A stretch of DNA of 64,000 bases from Candidatus Aeolococcus gillhamiae (GTDB lineage: Bacteria; Chloroflexota; Dormibacteria; Aeolococcales; Aeolococcaceae), in assembly GCA_003244045.1 (NCBI GenBank), contig QHBU01000130.1, positions 796 through 64,795 of the forward strand. Reading direction: 5' to 3'. Shown here in pieces: positions 20,137-29,731 of this stretch; position 1 is the stretch's first letter; each line of letters opens with the position of its first letter. The notes beneath the pieces are model-generated. The model had not been told where the DNA came from, made no database searches, and worked only from the letters and a program-made list of their open reading frames with translations. Made by a program: the position numbers and the translations under genes.

Positions 20137-20802
20137 GTGCGCGCCACAACGGCCGCGGCATCGCCGCCACCGGTCATCACCAAGCCGCTGCGGTCGCCTG
20201 CGGCGATCGCCAAGCGCCTGGTCCGTCTCGACCCGGCGTTCGCACCCGTGGTCCGCGCCGCCGGGCCGTTCGCGCCGCGCCCGCCCAGCGGCGATGCCTT
20301 CAACGCCCTGGCCCGGGCCATCGCCTACCAGCAGCTGGCCGGCCGTGCCGCCGCCGCCATCCACGGCCGCTTCCTCGCCATCTACGGCACCGACCCGCCC
20401 ACGCCTGACGCCGTGCTGGCCAGCCCCGTCGAGACGCTGCGCGCCGCCGGCCTGTCCGGGGCCAAGGCGGCAGCGCTCATCGACCTGGCCACCAAGATCA
20501 GCGACGGCACCATCCCGCTCGACCAGCTGGCGAGCATGCCCGACGACGAGGTGGTCGCCCGCCTGACCGCGGTGCGCGGGGTGGGGCGGTGGACGGCTGA
20601 GATGTTCCTCCTCTTCGACCTGCGCCGCCCGGACATCTGGCCGGTCGACGATTACGGCGTGCGCAAGGGCTGGACGCTGATACACGGGCAGGCGGCGATG
20701 CCCACCGCGAAGGAGCTCACGACGCTCGGGGACTCGCTTCGACCGCATCGGTCCGCGGCTGCCTGGTACTGCTGGCGCGCGGTGGATACGCTGACCCCGT
20801 GA
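20137..20802 (+). CDS. DNA-3-methyladenine glycosylase II family protein (short AlkA-like, HhH-GPD)
   Basis: GTG 20137 lies within ORF 20011..20802, 29 nt after the helicase stop. The sequence has AIAYQQLAGRAAAAIHGRF, LSGAKAAALIDLA, VRGVGRWTAEMFLLF and WPVDDYGVRKG. Confidence 0.8.
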   Translation: MRATTAAASPPPVITKPLRSPAAIAKRLVRLDPAFAPVVRAAGPFAPRPPSGDAFNALARAIAYQQLAGRAAAAIHGRFLAIYGTDPPTPDAVLASPVETLRAAGLSGAKAAALIDLATKISDGTIPLDQLASMPDDEVVARLTAVRGVGRWTAEMFLLFDLRRPDIWPVDDYGVRKGWTLIHGQAAMPTAKELTTLGDSLRPHRSAAAWYCWRAVDTLTP

Positions 20803-21139
20803 GGTGCAGGGATCCCGGTGCATTGGTGCCGGTCCGCCGCCGCGCCACCCGGGACCGCCCGCCCCGCCAGCGGATGAGCTTGGTCCGGGTGGTCACCGCC
20901 GGCAGGTACTCGAGGCGTCCGAGCGGCGACTGAGCCCCGGCCACGCCGGCACCGTGCCGGGCACGGTGGCGCAGGCCGTCCGCGATCAGCACGATGGCCA
21001 CCGACAGGCCCACGGCCACGGCAAAGGCGAAGAGGCCGAGTGAGACGCGCTCCTGCGGGCTGGGCAGCAGGAGTCCGGTGATCGCGGAGGCGATGGCCAC
21101 CGACCAGGCGACGGAGGCGACGGTCAGGGGACGGGCCAT
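20717..21139 (-). CDS. small membrane protein, hypothetical
   Basis: There are two N-terminal TM helices and high GC3 over the first ~100 codons. The Arg-rich tail overlaps the 3' end of the convergent glycosylase gene, so the real stop or extent is uncertain. Confidence 0.4.
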   Translation of the reverse strand: MARPLTVASVAWSVAIASAITGLLLPSPQERVSLGLFAFAVAVGLSVAIVLIADGLRHRARHGAGVAGAQSPLGRLEYLPAVTTRTKLIRWRGGRSRVARRRTGTNAPGSLHLTGSAYPPRASSTRQPRTDAVEASPRAS

Positions 21140-21429
21140 CGGGCGATTCTAGGGAGGGGCCGCGGCATCGCACGCGAGCCGCCGGGCGTGCGCAAAGCAC
21201 AACGGAGAAGCCCCTGAGGGAGCGGTCGGCGGACGAACCGCCAACCGCTCCACAGGAAGGGGGATGCAGCTTGCGCTGCCCTCGCAGTATACGGTCGCAA
21301 CGGCGCTGCTCAGCATCCGCCGGTCGGTCGCTCGGTGGTCTTGCCGGGGTAGAGACGATTGAAGTCCTCGCCTCGAATCGCGGATACTCCTGAGCCGCAC
21401 GTACACGTAAGGGTGGAGGAAGTACCGCG

Positions 21430-23142
21430 ATGCGACGCAGCCTGATGGTGTTCGGCATGATCCCCGTGGTTCTGGCGCTCAACGCCGGCTCGGGTGGAGC
21501 GGCGACGGCGAGCGACCACAACACGCGCGACACGCGCGTCAACGTCGGCAGCCCCAGCACGCACTTTCCGCGCAACAAACAGAATGAGCCCGCGGTCTCC
21601 GTCGCCATTGACCCCACACATCCCAACGTGGTCGTGTCGGGCTCCAACGATGAGATCGACAACGCTCCGTGCAACGGCAGCCACTGCTCATTCACGCCGG
21701 GTATTTCAGACAACGGTGTCTATTTCTCGTTCAACGGTGGCACGAGCTACACCGAGCCTACCTACACGGGGTGGAGCGCGCGCACCGGGACGCCCAAGGT
21801 CGGCCCGATCGGCACCGTGCCGAAGTTCTATGAGAAGGGGCTGGTGGGAGACGGCGACCCGGCGCTGGCATTCGGCCCCAAGCCCGGCCCTCATGGGTTC
21901 TCGTGGTCGAACGGGTCGCGCCTCTACTACGCAAGCCTGACCTCCGATTTCCTCACCAGCACCACCATCCCGCAAGGCGCTGAGGGCATCGCGGTCTCGC
22001 GCACCGACAACGTCGCCAACGCCGCGGCGGGTGCCAAGAACGCCTGGATGGCACCGGTGGTGGCCTCGCGCCAGCTCGACCCCACCATCTTCAGTGACAA
22101 GGAGGCGCTGTGGGCCGACAACGCGTCGAGCAGCGACTACTTCGGCAACACCTACCTATGCTGGGCGTCGTTCAACGCCGTCGACAATCAGCCGCCGCTG
22201 GTGTTCGCGCGCTCGACCAACGGCGGCAGCAGCTGGTCCAACCCGGTGACCATCCTGCCCGGTTCCAGTGGCAATGCAGGTCCCAGCGGCTGCACCATCC
22301 GCACCGACAGCCACGGCGTGGTGTACGTCATGTGGCTCTCGGACAACTACCCGGGCACCTCGGCACAGATGCTGGCGCGCTCGTTCGACGGCGGCCGCAC
22401 CTTCGAGGCCCCGCGCACGGTGACCAGCGTCATCGACGTCGGCAAGACGGACCCGGTGCACGTCGCCAATGGCGATCCGCGCCTGACCTTCGACGGCATT
22501 GCCGGCGCGCGCACGGGCAGCGATCCGAGCATCGACATCGCCAACGGCGCCCCGACCGGCAAGGACGCCACCGACCAGATCGTGATGACCTGGTCGGACG
22601 CCCGCCAGGGCCTCAACCACGAGAAGGCTCTGGTGCGGACCAGTTCGGATGGCGGGCGGCATTGGACAGAGGCGGTGGCTGCGCAGCAGGGCGGTGACCG
22701 TCCGGACTTCCCGGCCATCGCCATCTCACCCGACGGCACCAACGTGTACCTCACCTACGACGCCTTCATCGCGCCGTGGCGTGAGACCACCTCGACGCCG
22801 CGCCCGATGCAGGGCGTGGTCCGCCACGCGCGCGTCTCCCAGGTGGACCAGACGCTGAGCGGCTTCGGAACCCTGCATCGCGGCGCGGTCGGTGACGCGC
22901 GGGGCTCGTCGGAGAACAACCTGTGCTGCGAGTTCCTCGGCGACTACAACTACGTGTCCGCGACGCGGACATCGGGCGTGGCGGTGTGGAACGACGTGAG
23001 AGCGGCGCAGGTCTGCCCGGTGATGAACGCCTACCGGCAGTCGTTCCTGGCCGTCACTCGCCTGCCCAAGCCGTCGCCGGCGACGGATTGCCCGCCGCGG
23101 TTCGGCAACAGCGACATCTTCGGAGGCGCCTACACGCCGTAG
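21430..23142 (+). CDS. secreted BNR/Asp-box repeat protein (sialidase-like beta-propeller)
   Basis: A signal peptide is present (MRRSLMVFGMIPVVLALNAGSGGAA). Repeated SxDxGxTW-type boxes are present: FNGGTSYT, STNGGSSWS, SFDGGRTFE and SSDGGRHWT. Confidence 0.75.
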   Translation: MRRSLMVFGMIPVVLALNAGSGGAATASDHNTRDTRVNVGSPSTHFPRNKQNEPAVSVAIDPTHPNVVVSGSNDEIDNAPCNGSHCSFTPGISDNGVYFSFNGGTSYTEPTYTGWSARTGTPKVGPIGTVPKFYEKGLVGDGDPALAFGPKPGPHGFSWSNGSRLYYASLTSDFLTSTTIPQGAEGIAVSRTDNVANAAAGAKNAWMAPVVASRQLDPTIFSDKEALWADNASSSDYFGNTYLCWASFNAVDNQPPLVFARSTNGGSSWSNPVTILPGSSGNAGPSGCTIRTDSHGVVYVMWLSDNYPGTSAQMLARSFDGGRTFEAPRTVTSVIDVGKTDPVHVANGDPRLTFDGIAGARTGSDPSIDIANGAPTGKDATDQIVMTWSDARQGLNHEKALVRTSSDGGRHWTEAVAAQQGGDRPDFPAIAISPDGTNVYLTYDAFIAPWRETTSTPRPMQGVVRHARVSQVDQTLSGFGTLHRGAVGDARGSSENNLCCEFLGDYNYVSATRTSGVAVWNDVRAAQVCPVMNAYRQSFLAVTRLPKPSPATDCPPRFGNSDIFGGAYTP

Positions 23143-23157
23143 CGCCCCGGTAGGGGG

Positions 23158-24501
23158 ATGGCAGGGCGTGCGCGGCGCCCTGCCAAACCCCGCAACCCCG
23201 TTGCCAGGCGAACAGGTGTTCGCTACCCTGCGCGGGTGATCGACGCCAGGGCGGCCACCGTCAGCGCTCTGCGCGCGCGCATCGCCCAGCTCGGCGGCAC
23301 TGGCGCATTCGCTCCCCGCCCCAGGCCGCCCGAGCCTGACCTCGGCGGGCGCGCTGCCGAGCTCGGCTTCCGCGTGGTCGAGACGGCGGCGGGCGCCACC
23401 TTCGTCCGCCCCCACACCGTCGACCTCGTCCCCTACCTCGAGGCCGCCGGCCTCGCAGCGGCACCGCCGGTCGCTGACCTCCTCGCGCTGCTCGGCCATC
23501 CCTCCGGTGACGGCGGCCCCGCCTGGGTGAGCGGCGAGGGCGTCGGCGTGCTCGACATCGAGAGCCTAGGCCTGCGCGGTAGCGGCGTCATGGCCTTCCT
23601 GGTGGCCCTCGGCGTCCAGCGCGGCGAGGTGCTCGAGTGCGAGCAGTTCCTGCTCGTCGACCCCGGCGACGAGGCGGCCATGCTCACCGCCATCGCACAG
23701 CGCATCCGCAGCCATCGCCTCTGGCTGACCTACAACGGGCGCAGCTTCGACATCCCCGTCCTGGCGGCGCGATGCACCCTCAACCGCCTCGACCCCACCG
23801 GCGTCGAGCCGCGCCTCCACGGCGACCTGCTCGGCCCGGTCCGCCGCCTCTTCCGGGAGCGACTCGGTGCCTGCACCCTGCGCCACGCCGAGATGTCGCT
23901 GCTCAACCACCACCGCGTCGACGACGTCCCCGGCATCGAGGCGCCGGGACGCTATCGCGCGTGGTTGCGCGGCGCACGGCCCGCGGTCGTCGCCGGGGTG
24001 GTGGAGCACAACCTCCAGGACATCGTCAGCACCGTGGTGGTGGGCGCCCGCCTGGCCGCCCACGTTGGTGGCGAGCGCATCCGTCCCGCCCACGCCGCCG
24101 ACCCGTACCACCTCGCGCGCCACCTCCAGCGCCACGGGCTCGCCGACGCCGCCGAGGTGGAACTGCGCAGCACCATCGACGCCGGCATCGATCCGTGGGC
24201 GCGTCAAGCCGCGCACCGCCTCGCCGTCGTCCTGCAGCGGCGCGGCGAGATGAAGGAGGCGCTCGAGCTGTGGCGGCGTCTTCACGTCGAGGACCCCCGC
24301 GACCTGCGCGCCGCCCGCGGTTTCGCCATCCGCTTGGAGCGCGCCGGCGATCTCGGCACCGCGCTCGAGGTGTGCCGCAGCGTGCGCGGCACCCGCAGCG
24401 AGCTGGGCCGCTGGTGGTCGAGGCTGGGCGGTGGGGGAGACGCGGGCGACGAGGAGTGGGTACGTCGCGAAACCCGCTTGCAGCGTCGATTGCATTCGTA
24501 G
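23158..24501 (+). CDS. RNase H-like/DnaQ-fold exonuclease with C-terminal TPR-like repeats (MrfB/YprB-like)
   Basis: VLDIESLGLRGSGVMAFLVALG...EQFLLVDPGDEAAML...LTYNGRSFDIPVL follows the YprB pattern (DxE ... YNGxxFDxP). The helical repeat tail reads EALELWRRL.., RAGDLGTALEV. An alternative start is GTG 23236. Confidence 0.65.
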   Translation: MAGRARRPAKPRNPVARRTGVRYPARVIDARAATVSALRARIAQLGGTGAFAPRPRPPEPDLGGRAAELGFRVVETAAGATFVRPHTVDLVPYLEAAGLAAAPPVADLLALLGHPSGDGGPAWVSGEGVGVLDIESLGLRGSGVMAFLVALGVQRGEVLECEQFLLVDPGDEAAMLTAIAQRIRSHRLWLTYNGRSFDIPVLAARCTLNRLDPTGVEPRLHGDLLGPVRRLFRERLGACTLRHAEMSLLNHHRVDDVPGIEAPGRYRAWLRGARPAVVAGVVEHNLQDIVSTVVVGARLAAHVGGERIRPAHAADPYHLARHLQRHGLADAAEVELRSTIDAGIDPWARQAAHRLAVVLQRRGEMKEALELWRRLHVEDPRDLRAARGFAIRLERAGDLGTALEVCRSVRGTRSELGRWWSRLGGGGDAGDEEWVRRETRLQRRLHS

Positions 24502-24512
24502 AATGAGCCACC

Positions 24513-26003
24513 TTGCAGGAGACGACGCCGCCGCAGACGCCCGGCACCGTCACGACTGACTCCACCGGCGGGCTCGGGTCGAGGGCGCTCCGCTTCACCA
24601 TCCTCATACTGCTGGCGCGCGTCGCGTCGCGGGTGCTCGCGCTCATCGGCGTCGTCGCCATCGGCAACGCGCTCGGTGACACCCGATTCGGACAGATGCA
24701 GACGGTGGTCACCTACACTGCCCTGGTCAGCGCGGTTGTCGACATCGGTTTCACCGCGCTGTACATCCGCGAGGGGGCGCGCGACCCGCAGCACCTGGCT
24801 CGCTATTTCAACAACGTCGCCTCGATCAAGCTGTTCCTGGTGGCGGTGGCGCTGCCGCTGCTGGCCGGGTGCCTGTGGTTCTCGGGCATCGAGTCCCTCC
24901 TGCTGCCCGGCTTCGCGCTGCTCGTGGTGAGCGGCTACTCGCTGCTTCTGCGCAGCACCCTGTACGCGTTGCAGCGGCTCAACTTCGAGGTTGCCGAGAT
25001 CATCCCCGAGACAGCGGTGGTGCTTGTCCTGGCGCTGATCGGAGCACACATCCACGCCGGCACCGGCTTCTTCCTGTGGGCGTACGTCGCCGGCTACGCG
25101 TTCGCCACCGTGTACTTCATCGCGGTCCTGCTTGGCACGCGCATCCTGCGCCCGCGCTGGGAGCTGGACGTGAACCTCTTCCGCACGTGGATCCGCGCCG
25201 GCATCCCGCTGGCGATCACCTACGTGCTCACCACCGTGTACTTCAAGCTCGACGTTCCCATCCTCCAGCACTACCGCTCCTACGCGGAGGTGGGCTGGTA
25301 CACGTTCGCGTACCGCCCCTTCGAGGCGCTGCTGTTCATCCCAGCGACGTTGCGCACGGTGATCTTCCCGGTGCTGTCGATCTACTACCGCAACGCACCC
25401 AACCGGGTGCTGGCCGCGGCGGAGAAGCTGTTCAAGGGCCTGGCGATCATGGGCTGGCCGATCAGCGTCGGTATCTTCCTCCTGGCGCCTCAGTTCAACG
25501 AGATCCTGGGCCTGTACCCGCAGAGCGCCGCCGCGCTGCAGATCCTCGGCATCGCCATCGCGGTCATGTTCGTCGACAACACCTTCGCGGCCATCTTCAA
25601 CGCCATCAACCGCCAGAAGCTGTACGCCTACGTGGCGCTGTGCGGGCTGGCCATCAATTTCGCGCTCAACATGGTGCTGATCCCGCAGTTCGGCTACATC
25701 GGGGCAAGCTGGGCGACAGTCGCCACCGAGGTCGGCCTGGTGGCGGCGGGATGGTTCGCGCTGCGCGGCGCGCTGGGCACGTTGCGGCTGGTGCACATCT
25801 GCTGGAAGCCGCTCATCGCCGGCCTGGTGATGGGGGGCTTCATCGCGTTCGTCCATCCCCACGGCCGCTTTGCCGTGCTCGCGGTCACCGCGGTGGCAGC
25901 GGTGATCTACGCAGCCGTGCTGATTCTGCTCCGGACGGCCGACGACGAGGAGAAGGCGATCCTGCGCCGCACCCTGGGACTGCGCCGCCGGGCTAGCGGC
26001 TGA
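24513..26003 (+). CDS. polysaccharide/oligosaccharide flippase (Wzx-like, MOP superfamily)
   Basis: TTG start; the protein is 496 aa with ~12-14 TM segments. An N-terminal RFTILILLARVASRVLALIGVVAIGNALG stretch fits the Polysacc_synt family pattern. Confidence 0.7.
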   Translation: MQETTPPQTPGTVTTDSTGGLGSRALRFTILILLARVASRVLALIGVVAIGNALGDTRFGQMQTVVTYTALVSAVVDIGFTALYIREGARDPQHLARYFNNVASIKLFLVAVALPLLAGCLWFSGIESLLLPGFALLVVSGYSLLLRSTLYALQRLNFEVAEIIPETAVVLVLALIGAHIHAGTGFFLWAYVAGYAFATVYFIAVLLGTRILRPRWELDVNLFRTWIRAGIPLAITYVLTTVYFKLDVPILQHYRSYAEVGWYTFAYRPFEALLFIPATLRTVIFPVLSIYYRNAPNRVLAAAEKLFKGLAIMGWPISVGIFLLAPQFNEILGLYPQSAAALQILGIAIAVMFVDNTFAAIFNAINRQKLYAYVALCGLAINFALNMVLIPQFGYIGASWATVATEVGLVAAGWFALRGALGTLRLVHICWKPLIAGLVMGGFIAFVHPHGRFAVLAVTAVAAVIYAAVLILLRTADDEEKAILRRTLGLRRRASG

Positions 26004-26907
26004 CGGGCACCTCGAACGTGTCGGCGTGGCCGCGGTCGACGAGGTACTGGTTGGGGATGTGGCGGCTGGTGGAGGAGGAGCGGACCTCCGACCGCACCGG
26101 GTGGTCCATCACGTGCAGCGAGTAGATCTGCCGGAACCACTGCGGATTGCGGAAGATGCGCTGCGTCGGCAGCAGCGCGGCCAGCTCGATCTTGCGGCGA
26201 TCGTGGGCAGCGTTGAACTCTTCGATCGCGAGCAGCTCACCCTGCCACCGGTTGTGTCCGTCGAAGAGCACGTCGTCGAGGTACATGACCGTGGTCGGCA
26301 GGTACTGCTCTGGGGCGCCGTCGAGGACGCGCAGGGCCTCTACCGTCGACCAGTAGTAGTCGACGTCGATCGACACGAAGCCGATCGGCTCACCCCTGGG
26401 CAGCGACTGCAGGAACGCGGGGATGGTCTCGTTGAGGTCGCCAAGCACCAGCTTGGTGTTGGCGGGCAGGTTGGCGCGCAGCGCGTCGAGGTCCATGCGG
26501 AAGTCGCCCTGCTGGTAGTACTCCGGATGGTCGCGGTAGTCACGCGCGGGGGGCATGCCCTGGCCGGTATCGAAGCCGTAGAGGCGGAAGTTGATGCCGA
26601 GCTCCTCGCCGACATGGCGGGCTATCTCGGCCATGTTCATCAGGCCGGCGCCACTCGCCACACCGAACTCGAGCAGGCTGACGGTGTGGATGTCACGGTA
26701 CTTGGCGAAGCGCGCCGCCTTGAGCACGCTGTAGGCGTACGGCTGCTTGTAGATGAGATCCCAGTCGATCTTGCGGGTGTACGAGCCCAACGCCCATACC
26801 GCCGCCGAGGCGAGGTTGAGGTGGATCGGCTCAGTGAGGCGCTCGCGCGCGACGCGGCCCCAGACGCGGTTGGCACGCAGCACCCGCATCGTGTAGCGCA
26901 TGGACAT
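25993..26907 (-). CDS. class I SAM-dependent methyltransferase-like protein
   Basis: The protein is 304 aa. LLEFGVASGAGLMNMA resembles SAM motif I, and ...VSIDVDYY resembles the TylF/Methyltransf_24-like DxD. Its 3' end overlaps the flippase 3' end by 11 nt (convergent). Confidence 0.55.
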   Translation of the reverse strand: MSMRYTMRVLRANRVWGRVARERLTEPIHLNLASAAVWALGSYTRKIDWDLIYKQPYAYSVLKAARFAKYRDIHTVSLLEFGVASGAGLMNMAEIARHVGEELGINFRLYGFDTGQGMPPARDYRDHPEYYQQGDFRMDLDALRANLPANTKLVLGDLNETIPAFLQSLPRGEPIGFVSIDVDYYWSTVEALRVLDGAPEQYLPTTVMYLDDVLFDGHNRWQGELLAIEEFNAAHDRRKIELAALLPTQRIFRNPQWFRQIYSLHVMDHPVRSEVRSSSTSRHIPNQYLVDRGHADTFEVPVSR

Positions 26908-26954
26908 CGCGAGCTAGCTTAGCCAACCCACCTCGGCGGGCGGCGCGATCTGCG

Positions 26955-28199
26955 CTAGGGACCGCCGGCAGTCGAGGGGGGAGCGGTGTTCGACCCCTGC
27001 GCAACGCCGCTGTTGTCCCACTGCGCGAAGGGGATCTGCCAGTCGGCTTCGCCGTTGGAGAGGTCGGCGATGTTGCCGGTGTGGCTGATGATCACCACGT
27101 CGCCGGGGATCGCGTAGCTGTAATAGGTGGCGGCATGCGACGTGCTCAGGTTGATGCAACCGTGTGAGACGTCGGCGAACCCCTGCGAGCCCTCCGACCA
27201 CGGCGCCGCGTGGATGAAGAAGCCGTTGGTCGACACCGCGGTGTCCCAGTACACGTAGTCGTGGTAGTAGTTCGCACCGCCGGGATGGCAGGCGGCCCCA
27301 CCGAAGGTGCTGCACGAATCCATCATCACCTTCTGCGCCTTGTAGAGCACCACCAGTGTGCCCTCGAGGGTGCGGAACCCGGACTTGCCGAGGCTGACCG
27401 GCCAGGTGTTCACCAGCTGGTCGTTGGTGTACACCTTCATCGTGTGCGTGGTGTCATCGATCATCGACACGTGCTTGGCGCCGACGGTGAAGCTCTTCGT
27501 CCAGCTGGCCAGGCCGTACACGCCATTGCCGGCGTTGAGGCCGTGGAAGTTGGCGGTCACCGTGACCGTGGTGCCGCTCTGCCAGTAATTCTCGGGCCGG
27601 TAGTGCAGGCTGGCGCCGTCGAACCAGTGCCAGCCGCCCGTCTGGGGCGGGTTGGAGACGACGTGGAGGTGCTGCACCAGCGCGGCGCGCTGCGCTTGCG
27701 GCACCGAGGTGTTGAAGTGCAGGTCGACGGGAGCGCCCACGCCGACGGTGGCGCCGTCATCCGGCGTGCTGGTGGTGAGCAGGCGTGCCGACACCGAGCG
27801 CACCGTGGCGAAGGTCACGGCGGTCGAGGTGTGCGTGCCTCCGGGGCCGCTGGCGTTCGCGGTCACCTGGTACTGGGCGGCGAGATCGAGGCCGTCGCTG
27901 GCCGTCCAGGTCCGTCCGTCATCCGCGATGGCGCCGGGGACGGCGGCGCCGCCGACCTTGGTGACGCTCACCGAGGTCAGGGTGCCGATGTTGCTGGTGA
28001 CCGTCACCGGGGCGTCCAGCGCCACACCGGTGGCGTGGTCGACGGGCGTGACGGTGACGTCAGGCGCGGCCGCGGCGAGCACAGCGTTGGCGCTGCCATT
28101 GGAGGCGGGGCCGCCCCCCGCGACCGGGGCGGAGCAGCCGGCCAGGATGCCCACGCCGCCAAACGTGGCGGCGAGCAGGAGAATTCGGCGAGAAATCAT
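26955..28199 (-). CDS. L,D-transpeptidase lipoprotein (YkuD domain with Ig-like N-terminal domains, LdtMt-like)
   Basis: Start ATG 28199 gives MISRRILLLAATFGGVGILAGCS (lipobox). The catalytic motif is in FIHAAPWS...SHGCINLS. Confidence 0.85.
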   Translation of the reverse strand: MISRRILLLAATFGGVGILAGCSAPVAGGGPASNGSANAVLAAAAPDVTVTPVDHATGVALDAPVTVTSNIGTLTSVSVTKVGGAAVPGAIADDGRTWTASDGLDLAAQYQVTANASGPGGTHTSTAVTFATVRSVSARLLTTSTPDDGATVGVGAPVDLHFNTSVPQAQRAALVQHLHVVSNPPQTGGWHWFDGASLHYRPENYWQSGTTVTVTANFHGLNAGNGVYGLASWTKSFTVGAKHVSMIDDTTHTMKVYTNDQLVNTWPVSLGKSGFRTLEGTLVVLYKAQKVMMDSCSTFGGAACHPGGANYYHDYVYWDTAVSTNGFFIHAAPWSEGSQGFADVSHGCINLSTSHAATYYSYAIPGDVVIISHTGNIADLSNGEADWQIPFAQWDNSGVAQGSNTAPPSTAGGP

Positions 28200-28252
28200 C
28201 GAATCGAACCGTACCATGAGGTCACCGATCCAAGCCGCGCGGAAGTACATAT

Positions 28253-29149
28253 GTGCGCCGGTTCATGATGACAGAACGTCCAGCGGACCTCCCGGGTTCC
28301 GGCGCAGAGCAAGGTCCCACCATCGCAGTCGCCGAGCTTGCCGCCCTCATGGACGGCGCCGAGCCTCTGGTCCTGCTCGACGTCCGCTGGAGCCTGACCG
28401 GGCCGCCCGGTGCCGGCGACTACCGGCGTGGACACCTCCCCGGAGCATGCTTCGTCGACCTCGATCGCGACCTCGCCGGACCGCCGGGCGGTGGCCGAGG
28501 CCGCCACCCCCTCCCCGAGGCGGCCGTCTTCGAGAGCGCGATGCGGCGGGCCGGTGTGACCAGCGGGTCGACGGTGGTCGTGTACGACGCCGGCGGTGGG
28601 CTGAGCGCGGCCCGCGCCTGGTGGCTGCTGCGCCACCACGGCCACCGCGACGTGCGCGTCCTCGATGGCGGCGTCGGCGCCTGGACCGCCGCCGGGCAGC
28701 CGCTGAGCAGCGAGGCGGTCGCCGCTGCCGGCGGCGACTTCGCCGCCGCCCCCGGTGCGATGCCGGTCCTCGACTCCGCGGCGGCCGCTCGCCTGGCCCG
28801 CGAGGGCGTCCTCCTCGACGCCCGCGCAGCCGAGCGTTACCGCGGCGAGACGGAGCCGATCGACCCAGTCGCCGGGCACATCCCGGGCGCCCGCAGCGCG
28901 CCCACGACCGCCACCCTCGGCCCCGGTGGCACCTTCCTGGCGCCCGCCGAGCTGCGAGCCCATTTCGCCGAGCTGGGGGCGGACGGAGATGGCGTGGTCG
29001 GTGCCTACTGCGGCTCGGGTGTCACGGCCGCCCATGAGGTCCTGGCGCTGGCCATCGCCGGCATCCCCGCCGCGCTCTACCCGGGCTCGTGGAGCGAGTG
29101 GATCAGCGACCGCTCACGCCCGGTCGCGGTCGGCGCCGAACCCGGCTGA
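28253..29149 (+). CDS. thiosulfate/3-mercaptopyruvate sulfurtransferase (tandem rhodanese)
   Basis: The sequence has LLDVRW, YRRGHLPGA, the active-site loop YCGSGVTA, and SWSEW. GTG 28253 is preceded by GGAAG, with alternatives ATG 28265/28268. Confidence 0.8.
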   Translation: MRRFMMTERPADLPGSGAEQGPTIAVAELAALMDGAEPLVLLDVRWSLTGPPGAGDYRRGHLPGACFVDLDRDLAGPPGGGRGRHPLPEAAVFESAMRRAGVTSGSTVVVYDAGGGLSAARAWWLLRHHGHRDVRVLDGGVGAWTAAGQPLSSEAVAAAGGDFAAAPGAMPVLDSAAAARLAREGVLLDARAAERYRGETEPIDPVAGHIPGARSAPTTATLGPGGTFLAPAELRAHFAELGADGDGVVGAYCGSGVTAAHEVLALAIAGIPAALYPGSWSEWISDRSRPVAVGAEPG

Positions 29150-29159
29150 GCGGCCGCGC

Positions 29160-29720
29160 TCAGCAGGCGGTGACGGCCGTCCCGTAGATGGTGTGTGGTG
29201 ACGGGCTGCAATAGATGACGTCGTCGACCAGGAACTGGCCGGCCGCGGAGACCACCAGGTAAGCGACCTGGGGCGCGCCGAAGGCGCTGACATGGATGGT
29301 CCCGGCGCCCTTGGGCACCCCGGGGGCGTACGTCACTGTCTGGTGGGCGTCGATGGCCTGGCAGCCGCACAGAGGATCGGCGGCGCCATTGGGGTTGGCC
29401 AGGGCGGCGGACAGGGCGGAGGCCAGCCGCTGGGTGACCGGACAGGCCAGCACCGACGCCGGACCGGGGCTGCTCGAGAGGCAATCGCCACCGCCGGGCG
29501 CAGAGGGGTAGAGCAGCCCCTCCACCTTCGCCAACTCCGCCTGGGTCGGCCCGCCACCGGAGGTGGCGCTTGCGGTGGCTGCCGCGGAGCCGCTCCCGTT
29601 GGCGACGGCGCTCGGCGTCGCCGGCGCGGACGTCGGCGTGCCCGGCGGCGCCGGCCCGCAGCCGCAGAGCAGGGCGAGGCAGGCGGCGCCGGGCAGGAGG
29701 AGCCGTGCGGTGCCGCGCAT
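29160..29720 (-). CDS. lipoprotein, hypothetical (Cys-rich)
   Basis: ATG 29720 gives MRGTARLLLPGAACLALLCGCG (lipobox). A Ser/Ala/Thr linker follows. The gene starts 11 nt after the thiolase stop. Confidence 0.6.
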   Translation of the reverse strand: MRGTARLLLPGAACLALLCGCGPAPPGTPTSAPATPSAVANGSGSAAATASATSGGGPTQAELAKVEGLLYPSAPGGGDCLSSSPGPASVLACPVTQRLASALSAALANPNGAADPLCGCQAIDAHQTVTYAPGVPKGAGTIHVSAFGAPQVAYLVVSAAGQFLVDDVIYCSPSPHTIYGTAVTAC

Positions 29721-29731
29721 GGGCCGCGAGT

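Noticed and set aside
21186-21215. CGCAAAGC motif suggesting a c-di-GMP-I (GEMM) riboswitch in the BNR gene leader
   Set aside because: Only this short string resembles the consensus. I could not find the paired GGCAAAC / tetraloop-receptor architecture or the conserved P1/P2 helices, so no riboswitch class is claimed.
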